From the NCBI GenBank assembly GCA_963834935.1, contig CAWIDS010000001.1:367642-431641 (forward strand): 64,000 nucleotides of DNA, given 5' to 3'. The position numbers and the translations under genes were made by a program. The notes beneath the pieces were generated by a model. The model did no database searches. It was given only the letters and a program-made list of their open reading frames with translations, and had not been told where the DNA came from. Position 1 is the stretch's first letter. Each line of letters opens with the position of its first letter. The stretch is from Candidatus Nomurabacteria bacterium (lineage in GTDB: Bacteria > Patescibacteriota > Minisyncoccia > Phycocordibacterales > CALRBL01). Positions 19,773 to 29,967 of this stretch are shown one piece after another.

Positions 19773-19902
19773 TGCTCCTACAACGCTTTTGCGTTTTGTT
19801 TTCGCTCGTTTTTAGCAATTTATCAAGCCGGCTCTAGGTTACTCAGAAGTTTTTAATGGCTTTTGAGAGAACTATAGCCACAATATTAACTAAATAAAAT
19901 AT

Positions 19903-21093
19903 ATGGCAGATGCATTTGATCGTTCAAAGCCTCACGTTAACGTAGGTACTATCGGACACGTTGACCACGGAAAGACCACTTTAACAGCGGCTATTCTTAG
20001 CGTCCTCGGACGAGCAGGAATGGATGTAAAGCTACGCGCAGTAGACGAGATTGACGGTGCTCCCGAGGAAAAAGCTCGAGGAATCACTATTTCCCTATCC
20101 CACAACGAGTATTCAACAAACGCAAGACATTACGCTCACATTGACGCCCCAGGTCACGCCGATTACATCAAGAACATGATTACTGGTGCCGCTCAGATGG
20201 ACGGCGCTATCCTCGTGGTAGCCGCAACTGACGGTGCTATGCCTCAGACTCGGGAGCACGTTCTTCTCGCAAAGCAGGTCGGAGTACCTAAGATTATTGT
20301 TTTCCTCAATAAATGCGACATGGTTGATGACAAAGACATGATCGACCTCGTCGAAGCTGAAATCCGAGAATTGCTTGCAAAGCAGGGATTTGACGAAAAC
20401 GCTCCAGTTATCCGAGGTTCAGCCCTGAAGGCCCTTGAAGCCAAGGACAACACTGACGAATGGTCAAAGAAAGTCCTCGAACTCGCTGATGCTCTTGATA
20501 ATTACATCCCAATGCCGGTCCGAGAGACTGACAAGCCATTCCTTATGCCTATCGAAGACATCTTCTCGATCGAAGGACGAGGAACCGTGGTAACGGGACG
20601 AATCGAGCGAGGTATAGTAAAAGTTGGTGAAGACGTAGAAATCGTCGGTATAAAGCCAACCTCAAAGACTACTGTTACTGGTATCGAAATGTTCAACAAG
20701 CAGCTTACTGAAGGTATGGCTGGAGACAATGCAGGAATTCTCCTTCGAGGTACCAAAAAAGAAGACCTTACTCGAGGCCAGGTTCTTGCAAAGGTTGGTT
20801 CAGTGACTCCTCATACCGAATTCGAAGCTGAAGTCTACATCTTGAAGAAAGAGGAAGGAGGACGACATACTCCATTCTTCTCAGGATACAAGCCTCAGTT
20901 CTACGTCCGAACAACAGACGTTACTGGAGAAGTGACATTGAAAGAAGGCGTTGAAATGGTTATGCCTGGAGATACCGTTACTTTCAAAGTTAAGCTCGTA
21001 GCCCCAGTCGCCCTTGAAGACAAGACACGATTCGCTATCCGAGAAGGAGGCAAGACTGTAGGTGCCGGAGTGGTCACAAAGATCGTAGCCTAA
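19903..21093 (+). CDS. tuf: Elongation factor Tu
   Basis: [36 protein letters not shown]. Confidence 0.99.
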   Translation: MADAFDRSKPHVNVGTIGHVDHGKTTLTAAILSVLGRAGMDVKLRAVDEIDGAPEEKARGITISLSHNEYSTNARHYAHIDAPGHADYIKNMITGAAQMDGAILVVAATDGAMPQTREHVLLAKQVGVPKIIVFLNKCDMVDDKDMIDLVEAEIRELLAKQGFDENAPVIRGSALKALEAKDNTDEWSKKVLELADALDNYIPMPVRETDKPFLMPIEDIFSIEGRGTVVTGRIERGIVKVGEDVEIVGIKPTSKTTVTGIEMFNKQLTEGMAGDNAGILLRGTKKEDLTRGQVLAKVGSVTPHTEFEAEVYILKKEEGGRHTPFFSGYKPQFYVRTTDVTGEVTLKEGVEMVMPGDTVTFKVKLVAPVALEDKTRFAIREGGKTVGAGVVTKIVA

Positions 21094-21115
21094 GCGTTTC
21101 CCTAATCCTGACTTC

Positions 21116-21484
21116 ATGTCAACAACACAAACAACACCAAAAAAGAAAACAGCTCCTAAGGTTTCGAAGGAAGCAGGCGAACCCAAGCTTCGGATCCGCG
21201 TTCGCGCTTACGAGTCGAAGGTTCTCGACAATTCAGTGAAGCAGATCATGGATACTGCACTTCGATACGATGCGAAGATCCTCGGTCCGATTCCTCTTCC
21301 TACCGAAATCAAGAAATACACCGTCAACCGAGCGTCATTCGTATACAAGAATGCCCGTGAGCAGTTCGAAATGCGCGTCCACAAGCGTCTTATAGACATC
21401 CTGAACCCGTCTCCCCGCATCATCGAAGCCCTTACCAACCTTAACTTGCCATCAGGAGTCAATATCGACGTGAAAATGCTCTAA
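21116..21484 (+). CDS. rpsJ: 30S ribosomal protein S10
   Basis: GPIPLPT, REQFEMRVHKRLIDI. Confidence 0.97.
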   Translation: MSTTQTTPKKKTAPKVSKEAGEPKLRIRVRAYESKVLDNSVKQIMDTALRYDAKILGPIPLPTEIKKYTVNRASFVYKNAREQFEMRVHKRLIDILNPSPRIIEALTNLNLPSGVNIDVKML

Positions 21485-21497
21485 AATCAATATCTGT

Positions 21498-22130
21498 ATG
21501 AAATACATCCTAGGAACAAAAGAATATATGACCCAGATCTTCAATGATGAAGGCGCGGTCATTCCTGTCACTCTCATCAAGGTTGCTCCTGCGGTGGTCA
21601 CACAGGTAAAGAGCAAGGAAAATGACGGCTATCAGTCGATTCAAGTCGGCTTCGGTGCCAAGAAAGAGAAAAATGCCAACAAGCCTCTCAAAGGCCATCT
21701 CAAGGATCTTGGAATGTTCCAGTATCTTCGGGAAGTCCGCCTCGACAAGGAGAAGGATGCCGCCAAGAACATGAAGAAAGATTGGACAGTAGGCGACAAG
21801 ATCGAGCCTACGGTCTTCGTTATCGGAGATGAAGTGGAAGTCTCCGCAAATTCAAAAGCAAAGGGTTTCCAAGGAGTAGTGAAGCGTCACGGTTTCAAAG
21901 GAGGCCCTCGTTCTCACGGTCAGAAGCATAGCGAACGTGAGCCAGGCTCGATTGGAACTGCAGGTTTCCAGCGCGTTTTCAAGGCTCGGCGAATGGCGGG
22001 CCGAATGGGGGGCAATCGCATTACCACCAAGAATCTCACTATCGTCAAAGTCGATGCAGAGAAGAACGAGATTTATATCAGAGGCGCAGTACCCGGCCGA
22101 AAGGGAACATTAGTAGAAATAAAAGGATAA
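21498..22130 (+). CDS. rplC: 50S ribosomal protein L3
   Basis: KGFQGVVKRHGF, REPGSIG. Confidence 0.97.
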   Translation: MKYILGTKEYMTQIFNDEGAVIPVTLIKVAPAVVTQVKSKENDGYQSIQVGFGAKKEKNANKPLKGHLKDLGMFQYLREVRLDKEKDAAKNMKKDWTVGDKIEPTVFVIGDEVEVSANSKAKGFQGVVKRHGFKGGPRSHGQKHSEREPGSIGTAGFQRVFKARRMAGRMGGNRITTKNLTIVKVDAEKNEIYIRGAVPGRKGTLVEIKG

Positions 22131-22131
22131 T

Positions 22132-22803
22132 ATGGAAACTCTCATTTACACCCAGGAAGGAAAAGAAGCTCGAAAGTTCACTCTACCTGAAAGCATTTTC
22201 GGTTTGAATTGGAATGCAGACCTTGTTCATCAGGTGGTCGTCTCGGAAGAATCGAATCGCCGCACGAATGTCGCTCACACCAAGACACGCGGAGAAGTAT
22301 CCGGAGGAGGCAAGAAGCCTTGGCAGCAGAAAGGTACCGGCCGCGCCCGACACGGATCAACCCGATCTCCGATCTGGGTAGGAGGAGGTGTCGCTCATGG
22401 TCCCCGAAACAACAAGAATTTCGATCGAAAGGTCAACAAGAAGATGAAGGCAAAAGCCCTCTACACTATTCTTGCAAAGAAGTATAGGGATGGCGAACTT
22501 ATCTTCATCGATTCATTCACTTTTGAGCCGAAGACCAAGCTTGCCAAAGGCTTCATCGAGACTATGGCAAAGGTAAAAGGCTTCGAGCGATTGGGCACCA
22601 AGAAAACCAACAAGGCATACATCGCTACTTCAACAAAAGAATTGGCTGCGCGACGGGCTTTCAATAACATTAGCAATATCTTCGTCGGAGACATGCGAAA
22701 TCTTCATCCAGTCGATATCCTGAACTTCAAGTACTTGATCATTACCAACCCTGAAGATTCCATCAAGACTCTTGAAGCAAAGATGAATCCAGCAACAAAA
22801 TAA
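22132..22803 (+). CDS. rplD: 50S ribosomal protein L4
   Basis: KPWQQKGTGRARHGS. Confidence 0.97.
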   Translation: METLIYTQEGKEARKFTLPESIFGLNWNADLVHQVVVSEESNRRTNVAHTKTRGEVSGGGKKPWQQKGTGRARHGSTRSPIWVGGGVAHGPRNNKNFDRKVNKKMKAKALYTILAKKYRDGELIFIDSFTFEPKTKLAKGFIETMAKVKGFERLGTKKTNKAYIATSTKELAARRAFNNISNIFVGDMRNLHPVDILNFKYLIITNPEDSIKTLEAKMNPATK

Positions 22804-22807
22804 TCAT

Positions 22808-23089
22808 ATGAACCAGCCAAACACCAACGTCATCAGGAAGCTTCATGTCACCGAGAAATCGAGCCTTCTTTCGGAAGGCGGAGTATATTCGTTCGAAGTG
22901 GAGAAGTCTGCCACTAAGAAGCAGATTGCCAAGAATGTCGCCCTGCTCTACAAAGTCACTCCTCTGAAGGTGAGCGTCATCAACATGAAGTCTAAGGCTG
23001 TATTTTCACGCGGAAAAGCGGGAAAAACCTCCTCATTCAAAAAGGCTTACGTCTATCTCAAGAAAGGGGATGTCATTGATATGGCATAG
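22808..23089 (+). CDS. rplW: 50S ribosomal protein L23
   Basis: TEKS, FKKAYVYL; operon position. Confidence 0.95.
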   Translation: MNQPNTNVIRKLHVTEKSSLLSEGGVYSFEVEKSATKKQIAKNVALLYKVTPLKVSVINMKSKAVFSRGKAGKTSSFKKAYVYLKKGDVIDMA

Positions 23090-23106
23090 CATTTAATAAT
23101 AAAATC

Positions 23107-23949
23107 ATGAAGCACTACAAACCAACATCACCATCGAGACGAAACATGTCGACAACGACATATCGAGGAGTCATCACTGCAAGCGAGCCTCTCAAGTCTC
23201 TTACCTCAGGCTTCAAGCGATCTGTAGGACGCAACCATCATGGCCGCGTCACCACCCGCCACAAGGGAGCAGGACACAAGCGCCTTTTCCGTGATGTTGA
23301 TTTCAAATATAATAAGCGGGATATCGAAGGAAAGATCGCCACTGTCGAATATGATCCGAACCGAGGCGGATTCATCAGCTTGGTCGTCTACAAGGACGGC
23401 GAGAAACGATATTCCCTTTTCCCCAAGACTCTCAAAGTCGGCGATGCAGTCATCGCTTCAGAAAAAGCCCCTGTTACTCCCGGAAACAAGCTTCCTCTTC
23501 GAAACATTCCAGTCGGAACATTCGTTTATGCCGTCGAGCTCCGGCCTCAAGGCGGCGCAAAGATAGCTCGAGGCGCAGGAAACTACGCTGAGGTCATCGC
23601 TCAAGATGGTGGCTATACTCAGGTCAAATTGCCTTCATCAGAAGTTCGAAAGATCATTGATACCGCTTGGGCTACAGTAGGTGAAGTAGCAAATGACGAA
23701 CGACGCTTGGTCAATTTCGGAAAAGCGGGACGGAGTCGATGGATGGGTATCCGACCAACTGTCCGAGGTACTGCTATGAACCCGGTTGATCATCCTCATG
23801 GAGGAGGAGAAGGACGACAGGGCCGAGGACGCCGACGCGCCATCTCAGTCTATGGAAAACCGACAGGCAAGGGTCAGAAATCTCGAACTCCAAAGAAATA
23901 CTCGAACAATCTCATCGTCTCTCGACGAAAAGTAGGAAAGAAGAAATAG
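23107..23949 (+). CDS. rplB: 50S ribosomal protein L2
   Basis: EYDPNR, RGTAMNPVDHPHGGGEG. Confidence 0.98.
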   Translation: MKHYKPTSPSRRNMSTTTYRGVITASEPLKSLTSGFKRSVGRNHHGRVTTRHKGAGHKRLFRDVDFKYNKRDIEGKIATVEYDPNRGGFISLVVYKDGEKRYSLFPKTLKVGDAVIASEKAPVTPGNKLPLRNIPVGTFVYAVELRPQGGAKIARGAGNYAEVIAQDGGYTQVKLPSSEVRKIIDTAWATVGEVANDERRLVNFGKAGRSRWMGIRPTVRGTAMNPVDHPHGGGEGRQGRGRRRAISVYGKPTGKGQKSRTPKKYSNNLIVSRRKVGKKK

Positions 23950-23959
23950 GAACACTTGG

Positions 23960-25324
23960 ATGAAAATTCCCTCAAAAGTACATTTCTGGCATAAATGCAT
24001 CGAATGCCAGTCAGTCTATACGCCTGATTCGTTTCTATATACTTGCCCGAAATGTGGCGGCCTGCTTTCTGTCGAGCGTGATGAGAAATGGATAGACAAG
24101 AAAGTAGGAAAAGGCAAAGCCGCCCAGAAATATTTCGATAATATCCGCTACGGAAAGGCTCGAAGTGTATATCCGAATGACAGCGGAGTCTTCATGTGGC
24201 TCGATCACCTTCTTCCCGGCTTTCCTAAAGAATTAGTCATCTCCCTTCGCGAAGGATTCACGGATCTGTTTGAGATTCCGCAGTGGCTCCAGAAGCAGAT
24301 CGGTCTCAAGCATCTCTACATAAAGATGGAAGGGCAGCTTCCGTCAGAAAGCTTCAAGGATCGGGGAATGTCGCTAGCTATTTCTGAAGCGCTTCGTTTG
24401 CAGAGCGAATACCCTAAGCTTGGCATCAAGTATGTTGCTTGCGCCTCGACAGGTGACACTTCAGCAGCTGCGGCTATCTACAGCGCCTACGTGAAAGACA
24501 AGCTCGGCTGCCTAGTTTTTCTTCCTCATGAGCGCATTTCCCCTGGCCAGCTTTTCCAGGCAATGGCACATGGAGCCAAGGTCCTGGCTATCAAGCACAA
24601 GAAAGGCTTCGATGGCTGCATGGAACTCATTCAGCAGTATTGCGCCAATCACCCCGAAATCGTATTGGTGAATTCAAAGAACGCTCTCAGGCTTGTCGGA
24701 CAAGAGACGATCGCGCTTGAAATATGCCAGGATCTGAGTTGGAAGGTACCGGATTGGATTTCCGTTCCTTGCGGAAACGGAGGCAACCTCACCGCGCTTC
24801 TTACCTCGCTTCTACGCATGAAGAAACGCGGACTCATCAGTAAACTTCCTAAGATTATCGTTGCTCAGACAAAAGGGGCGAACACCCTGGTGCGATGGTC
24901 AAAGAGCGATTTCAAGAAATATGCGCCAGGAGAATTCAAGGAAACCATCGCTTCAGCCATGAATATCCAAAGCCCTGTTAGCTTTCCTCGCATCAAAAAG
25001 CTTTATCCGGAGTTCCGAATCGAGTTCTTCGATGTTGATGAGAAAAAGATTCAACAAAGCAGAGCTCTATTCATGAGTGCGGGGGCCAACATCTGCCCGC
25101 AGACAGCCGTCGCCTTGAATGCTGTCCTTCAGGCCAGAAAAAAGGGTAAAATCAAGGAAAACGAGGTAATAGTGACTATTGGTACGGCTAGCGGCATCAA
25201 ATTCTCAGAATCAGGCATCGAATATCACATGGGAGGCAAGAAAAACACTCACGCTAATCCTCCTTTGATAGTCGAAGGCACCCTTTCAAGCATCGAAAAA
25301 GCGGTCGGAAACGGAAAGAAATAA
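23960..25324 (+). CDS. thrC: Threonine synthase (PLP fold type II)
   Basis: SFKDRG PLP-lysine motif, CASTGDTS, PCGNGGN; N-terminal CxxC...CPKC. Confidence 0.85.
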   Translation: MKIPSKVHFWHKCIECQSVYTPDSFLYTCPKCGGLLSVERDEKWIDKKVGKGKAAQKYFDNIRYGKARSVYPNDSGVFMWLDHLLPGFPKELVISLREGFTDLFEIPQWLQKQIGLKHLYIKMEGQLPSESFKDRGMSLAISEALRLQSEYPKLGIKYVACASTGDTSAAAAIYSAYVKDKLGCLVFLPHERISPGQLFQAMAHGAKVLAIKHKKGFDGCMELIQQYCANHPEIVLVNSKNALRLVGQETIALEICQDLSWKVPDWISVPCGNGGNLTALLTSLLRMKKRGLISKLPKIIVAQTKGANTLVRWSKSDFKKYAPGEFKETIASAMNIQSPVSFPRIKKLYPEFRIEFFDVDEKKIQQSRALFMSAGANICPQTAVALNAVLQARKKGKIKENEVIVTIGTASGIKFSESGIEYHMGGKKNTHANPPLIVEGTLSSIEKAVGNGKK

Positions 25325-25331
25325 TAAAGGT

Positions 25332-25360
25332 TTGACATTAGCCCAATCTTTGCTAGTATT
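25332..25360 (+). promoter_or_regulatory. Internal promoter re-initiating the S10 operon at rpsS
   Basis: TTGACA-N16-TAGTAT with extended TG. Confidence 0.6.
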
Positions 25361-25410
25361 GCTTTTACGGCTCTTAAAGAGCTTTTAATTTGCCCTAGAA
25401 TTTCAATTAA

Positions 25411-25752
25411 ATGACACGATCACTTAAAAAAGGACCATACGTCGAAGAACGACTCCTCAAGAAGATTGAGGGCAAAAAACCTACCGAAACCGGGGTTATT
25501 AAGACATGGTACCGCCGAAGCCAAATTTCTCCTGAGATGATTGGATTCATTTTCGGAGTCCACAATGGCAAGCAGCATATCGAGGTCCTTGTTACCGAGG
25601 AAATGGTCGGTCACCGCTTGGGAGAGTTCTCTCATACGAAGAAGTTCCTCCGACACGGAGGAAAGATGCAGAAGGAGCAGGAAGCTGCAAAGAAGGACGC
25701 TGAGATCGCCGCAGCAAAGGCCGCAAAATCATCTGACGTCGCTAAGAAATAA
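25411..25752 (+). CDS. rpsS: 30S ribosomal protein S19
   Basis: [17 protein letters not shown]. Confidence 0.97.
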   Translation: MTRSLKKGPYVEERLLKKIEGKKPTETGVIKTWYRRSQISPEMIGFIFGVHNGKQHIEVLVTEEMVGHRLGEFSHTKKFLRHGGKMQKEQEAAKKDAEIAAAKAAKSSDVAKK

Positions 25753-25769
25753 GCCATATTTAATATTTT

Positions 25770-26105
25770 ATGAAATCTTACCTCAAAAACTATCGACAAT
25801 CTCCCCGCAAGGTCCGCCTTGTGGCTGATGCGGTACGAGGCAAGGCGGTCACTGTGGCTCTACGCGATTTGGTTTTCACCAATAAGCGCGCTACCGACCC
25901 AATCGCCAAGCTCATCCTGAGCGCGGTATCGAACGCAAAGAACAATTTCAATGCAAAGGAAGAGAATCTTTTCATAAAGGATATCCAAGTGAACAAAGGC
26001 GTCGTCCTAAAAAGGATGATGCCTCGAGCTCGCGGATCAGCATCAAGGATTAACAAGCGCTCAAGCCATATTTCAGTGGTCTTGGAAGAAAAGCAGAGCA
26101 AATAA
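25770..26105 (+). CDS. rplV: 50S ribosomal protein L22
   Basis: [14 protein letters not shown]. Confidence 0.97.
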   Translation: MKSYLKNYRQSPRKVRLVADAVRGKAVTVALRDLVFTNKRATDPIAKLILSAVSNAKNNFNAKEENLFIKDIQVNKGVVLKRMMPRARGSASRINKRSSHISVVLEEKQSK

Positions 26106-26112
26106 TAATTTT

Positions 26113-26787
26113 ATGTCACACAACGTCCACCCATATTCTCATAGGCTTGGAATTATCAGAGACTGGAAGTCTCGTTGGTTCGGCGACAACAAGCAGTATC
26201 GCGATTTTTTGAAGTGCGATATCCTCATCCGGCAGTTCCTTGAGAAGCGCCTTAAGGGCATGTATGTGAGTGGTATTGAAATCGAGCGAAGCCAGAAGAC
26301 ATTCCGCATCGTCATCAAGACATCTCGCCCCGGAATGATCATCGGCCGAAGCGGGGAAGGAGCGACAAAGCTCCGAAACGACATCGTAAAGAAGCTTGAT
26401 GCGATTGGGATTAGCCACGGCGAGGAACTGAAGATTGACATCGAGGAAATCAAGTCGCCGGAATCGAATTCGGCTATCGTAGTTCAGATGATCGCTGAAG
26501 GTCTCGAGAAGCGAATGCCTTTCAGGAGAGTGATGAAGCAGATGGTAGAGAAAGTCATGGCTAATCGAGACGTTCAGGGAGTAAAGATATACCTCGGAGG
26601 CCGCCTCGGCGGTGCGGATATGGCACGTTCAGAAGTGCTGAAGAAAGGACGCATCCCTCTTCAGACATTCCGCGCGGATATCGATTACGCGATCGGCCGG
26701 GCGACTATCCCTCAGGGAGATCTCGGAATCAAAGTCTGGATCTACAAGGGAGAGATCTTCGCTAATGAGGAAAGCAAAACTAATTAA
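26113..26787 (+). CDS. rpsC: 30S ribosomal protein S3
   Basis: RPGMIIG, GRLGGA, PLQTFRADID, GIKVWI. Confidence 0.97.
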   Translation: MSHNVHPYSHRLGIIRDWKSRWFGDNKQYRDFLKCDILIRQFLEKRLKGMYVSGIEIERSQKTFRIVIKTSRPGMIIGRSGEGATKLRNDIVKKLDAIGISHGEELKIDIEEIKSPESNSAIVVQMIAEGLEKRMPFRRVMKQMVEKVMANRDVQGVKIYLGGRLGGADMARSEVLKKGRIPLQTFRADIDYAIGRATIPQGDLGIKVWIYKGEIFANEESKTN

Positions 26788-26792
26788 TCTTT

Positions 26793-27224
26793 ATGGCATC
26801 CCTAATTCCTAAAAAAGTAAAGCATCGAAAATGGCAGACTGGCCGTGTAAATCCTAAGAAAGTAGGAGTTGAGACGCGGGGTACCACTCTTTCTTTCGGC
26901 TCATACGGCATCAAAGCCGTCAGTGCTGCTCGCATCCGCTCGAATCAGATAGAATCAGCCCGAAAGGTATTGGCCCGCTCAGTGAGCAAAGTAGGGAGAA
27001 TGTGGATACGTGTCTTTACCGACCGTCCTTACACCGCAAAGCCTGCAGAGGTGGGAATGGGCAAAGGAAAAGGAGATCCGCAAGGATATTGTTTCGAAGT
27101 GAAGCCGGGCCGAGTCCTTTTCGAAATTGATGGAGTTCCAGAAGCGGTTGCACGCGAGGCCCTTCGAAAGGCGGGAACGAAGCTTCCTGTGAAGATAAAG
27201 ATCCTTAAGCGCGAACAAGCATAA
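26793..27224 (+). CDS. rplP: 50S ribosomal protein L16
   Basis: QIESAR, MGKGKG, KLPVK. Confidence 0.97.
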   Translation: MASLIPKKVKHRKWQTGRVNPKKVGVETRGTTLSFGSYGIKAVSAARIRSNQIESARKVLARSVSKVGRMWIRVFTDRPYTAKPAEVGMGKGKGDPQGYCFEVKPGRVLFEIDGVPEAVAREALRKAGTKLPVKIKILKREQA

Positions 27225-27228
27225 ACAT

Positions 27229-27396
27229 ATGAAAAAAGAATCACAAACGCTTTTAATAGAGAAGAGAAAGAAGCTTGCCGAGTTCCGCTTCAATATTTCG
27301 ACGGGCAAGATAAAGAACGTGAAGGAAGGCAGGGCTCTCCGAAAAGACATTGCCCGCATCCTTACTGAAGCCAACATGGAAGCGAAAAAAGCATAA
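27229..27396 (+). CDS. rpmC: 50S ribosomal protein L29 (55 aa; below ORF-track cutoff)
   Basis: Hand translation ...LAEFRFN...RKDIARILT; operon position. Confidence 0.92.
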   Translation: MKKESQTLLIEKRKKLAEFRFNISTGKIKNVKEGRALRKDIARILTEANMEAKKA

Positions 27397-27400
27397 ATTT

Positions 27401-27643
27401 ATGAATACAACAAAAATCACAAAGAAAACCCTTTCGGGAATCGTGGTCTCAGACAAGATGAAGGACACCGCCGTCGTAAAGGTGGTCCGGTTTGTCAAAC
27501 ACCCGAAGTATGGTAAATTCCAGAAGCTTGCCAAGAAATTCAAGGCTGATGACAAGGGAAATACCGTGAAGATCGGAGACAAGGTTTCCATCGAGGAATG
27601 CCGCCCGATTTCCAAAGACAAGCATTTCAGAATAGTAAAATAA
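27401..27643 (+). CDS. rpsQ: 30S ribosomal protein S17
   Basis: GIVVSDKMKDT, HPKYGK, ECRPISKDK. Confidence 0.97.
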   Translation: MNTTKITKKTLSGIVVSDKMKDTAVVKVVRFVKHPKYGKFQKLAKKFKADDKGNTVKIGDKVSIEECRPISKDKHFRIVK

Positions 27644-27647
27644 TAAT

Positions 27648-28019
27648 ATGATCCAGCCAAGAAGCATCGTGAATATCAGTGACAACTCCGGAGGAAAGAT
27701 CGGCCGTATCTTCAAAGTGCTCGGAAGCTCGAAGAAGCGATATGCCGAAATAGGAGATATTGTCGTCCTTTCAGTCCAGAAGGCTGAGCCTCGAAAAGGA
27801 GTAAAGAAGAAAGATGTCCTTCAGGCGGTGGTCGTAAGGCAGAAGAAGGCGCTCCGCCGAGTCGACGGATCATACATCCGATTCGACGAGAATGCGGTGG
27901 TCATCCTTGAAAAGGGAAAGAAAGAGCCTTTAGCCGGACGCGTCTTCGGTCCTATCCCGAGGGAAATCGCAGAGCAGGGTTACCAGAAAATAGCGTCGCT
28001 TGCGCCTGAAATCGTATAA
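27648..28019 (+). CDS. rplN: 50S ribosomal protein L14
   Basis: DNSG, RFDENAVV, SLAPE. Confidence 0.97.
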   Translation: MIQPRSIVNISDNSGGKIGRIFKVLGSSKKRYAEIGDIVVLSVQKAEPRKGVKKKDVLQAVVVRQKKALRRVDGSYIRFDENAVVILEKGKKEPLAGRVFGPIPREIAEQGYQKIASLAPEIV

Positions 28020-28032
28020 CTGAAAAATTAAA

Positions 28033-28251
28033 ATGATTAAAAAAGGAGACAAAATAATAGTGTTGGCAGGAAAAGACAAAGGCAAGACCGGCACTGTTGA
28101 GCGCGTCTTGCCTAAGGAGGATATGATCATCGTCTCCGGCGTCAATATCAAGAAGAAACACCGCAGGGCCCGAAAGACCAACGAGAAGGGATCTATTGTC
28201 GAGGTTGCTTCTCCTTTCCACATATCGAATGCCAAGAAAGCAGACAAATAA
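28033..28251 (+). CDS. rplX: 50S ribosomal protein L24 (short)
   Basis: IKKGD...GKDKGK KOW motif, HISN. Confidence 0.93.
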   Translation: MIKKGDKIIVLAGKDKGKTGTVERVLPKEDMIIVSGVNIKKKHRRARKTNEKGSIVEVASPFHISNAKKADK

Positions 28252-28256
28252 ATCTT

Positions 28257-28799
28257 ATGAAAAACTCACCAAACATCCAGGAAAAAGCATCAACCCTCTT
28301 CGATACCTTGAAGGGACAATATGGCTATACCAATATCATGCAGTCTCCGAAGCTTGTGAAAGTGGTGATCAGCTCGGCCACCGGATCCGTCAAGGACCCG
28401 AAGAAGAAAATATTGATCGGAGATAGGATTACCAAGATCACCGGCCAGAAGGTGAGCGAGAAATCAGCCAAGAAGTCGATCGCTACTTTCAAGGTGCGCC
28501 AAGGCGATGCTGTCGGCTACCAAGTCACTCTCCGAGGAGCACGGATGTACGATTTCCTCAATAAACTCGTTCATATTGCTCTCCCTCGAACTCGGGACTT
28601 CCGCGGCCTTGAATCGAAGTCGATCGATGAGATGGGTAATGTCACCTTCGGCATCAAGGAGCACACTGTTTTTCCAGAGACGTCTGATGAGGAACTCAAA
28701 GACGTCTTCGGAATGGCGGTAACCATCGTGACTACCTCGAACAATAAAGAGGAAACTCGAAGTATCCTCGAGCACCTTGGCTTTTTGTTCAAAAAGTGA
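28257..28799 (+). CDS. rplE: 50S ribosomal protein L5
   Basis: ITGQK, VTLRG, LPRTRDFRG. Confidence 0.97.
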   Translation: MKNSPNIQEKASTLFDTLKGQYGYTNIMQSPKLVKVVISSATGSVKDPKKKILIGDRITKITGQKVSEKSAKKSIATFKVRQGDAVGYQVTLRGARMYDFLNKLVHIALPRTRDFRGLESKSIDEMGNVTFGIKEHTVFPETSDEELKDVFGMAVTIVTTSNNKEETRSILEHLGFLFKK

Positions 28800-28820
28800 T
28801 AGCATAGCGAAACATTATTT

Positions 28821-29006
28821 ATGGCAAAAACATCCGTCGTCGCACGTTCACTAAAGAAACCAAAGTTCAAAAGCCGAGTAGTAAGGCGATGTTTTAGGTG
28901 CGGCCGAAAGAATGGCTATATGAGGGACTTCGACCTATGCCGAATCTGCTTCCGTGAGCTTGCCAATGAAGGAAAGATTCCAGGCATTAAGAAATCATCT
29001 TGGTAA
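28821..29006 (+). CDS. rpsN: 30S ribosomal protein S14 (zinc-binding type Z)
   Basis: CFRCGR...LCRICFRE. Confidence 0.96.
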   Translation: MAKTSVVARSLKKPKFKSRVVRRCFRCGRKNGYMRDFDLCRICFRELANEGKIPGIKKSSW

Positions 29007-29023
29007 AAATTTAAATACAATAT

Positions 29024-29416
29024 ATGCGAGACTCAATTTCAGAACTAATAACCAAGATAAAGAACGCAAGCGATCGCGGCCTTTCGATTGTCACTGTTCC
29101 TCATTCGAAGATTATGCTTGCCATTTCTGACGTTCTCCTCAAGGAAGGCTATATCAAGTCAGTCACCAAGAAGGGAAAGAAAGTGAGCAAGGTCCTTGAG
29201 CTCGGACTCGCTTATGACGAAGCAAAGCAGCCTCGGGTAACCGGAGTAGACCGCGTTTCGAAATTCTCAAAGCGCGTATATGTAGGTTCAAAGGAAATCC
29301 GCCCAGTCAAAAGCGGATACGGAACCCTCATCCTTACCACGCCGAATGGAATCCTTACTGATAAGGAAGCGAAGCAGCAAAAGGTCGGTGGTGAAGTTCT
29401 CTTTAAAATCTGGTAA
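29024..29416 (+). CDS. rpsH: 30S ribosomal protein S8
   Basis: LLKEGYI, RVSK, VGGEVL. Confidence 0.96.
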   Translation: MRDSISELITKIKNASDRGLSIVTVPHSKIMLAISDVLLKEGYIKSVTKKGKKVSKVLELGLAYDEAKQPRVTGVDRVSKFSKRVYVGSKEIRPVKSGYGTLILTTPNGILTDKEAKQQKVGGEVLFKIW

Positions 29417-29428
29417 TAATATAAAATC

Positions 29429-29962
29429 ATGTCACGAGTAGGAAAACAAAACATAATAATCCCTGAAAAAACCGAGGTTGTTCTTGCGGACGGCAATCTC
29501 AAGGTAAAGGGACCTAAGGGGGAGCTCAGCCGCCATTTCAAGAGCTCGATCGAGATCAAGGTCGCAGACAAGGCGATCACCCTCTCTCCGAAGCGAAATG
29601 ACATCGCTTCGCGCGCCCTTTGGGGAACCTATGCTTCGCATATCATGAACATGATTGAAGGCGTCAATAAAAGCTTCTCAAAGAAGCTGATCATCGAAGG
29701 AATCGGATTCAAGGCGGATGTCGCCGGAAGCAATCTTAATCTCGCGCTCGGCTTCTCGCACCCTGTTGTCGTCGCCATTCCAAAAACGCTTACCGTTACT
29801 CACGAGAAAGGGGTGCTTACCATTGCAGGAATCGACAAGGATGAGGTGGGTGCTTTCAGCGCCAACATCCGAGCCTTGAAGAAGCCTGAGCCATACAAGG
29901 GCAAGGGAATCCGATATGAGAAGGAAGTGGTCCGCCGAAAACAAGGCAAGAAGTCCGTATAA
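29429..29962 (+). CDS. rplF: 50S ribosomal protein L6
   Basis: MSRVGK, KGPKGEL, PEPYKGKGIRY. Confidence 0.97.
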   Translation: MSRVGKQNIIIPEKTEVVLADGNLKVKGPKGELSRHFKSSIEIKVADKAITLSPKRNDIASRALWGTYASHIMNMIEGVNKSFSKKLIIEGIGFKADVAGSNLNLALGFSHPVVVAIPKTLTVTHEKGVLTIAGIDKDEVGAFSANIRALKKPEPYKGKGIRYEKEVVRRKQGKKSV

Positions 29963-29967
29963 TATTT

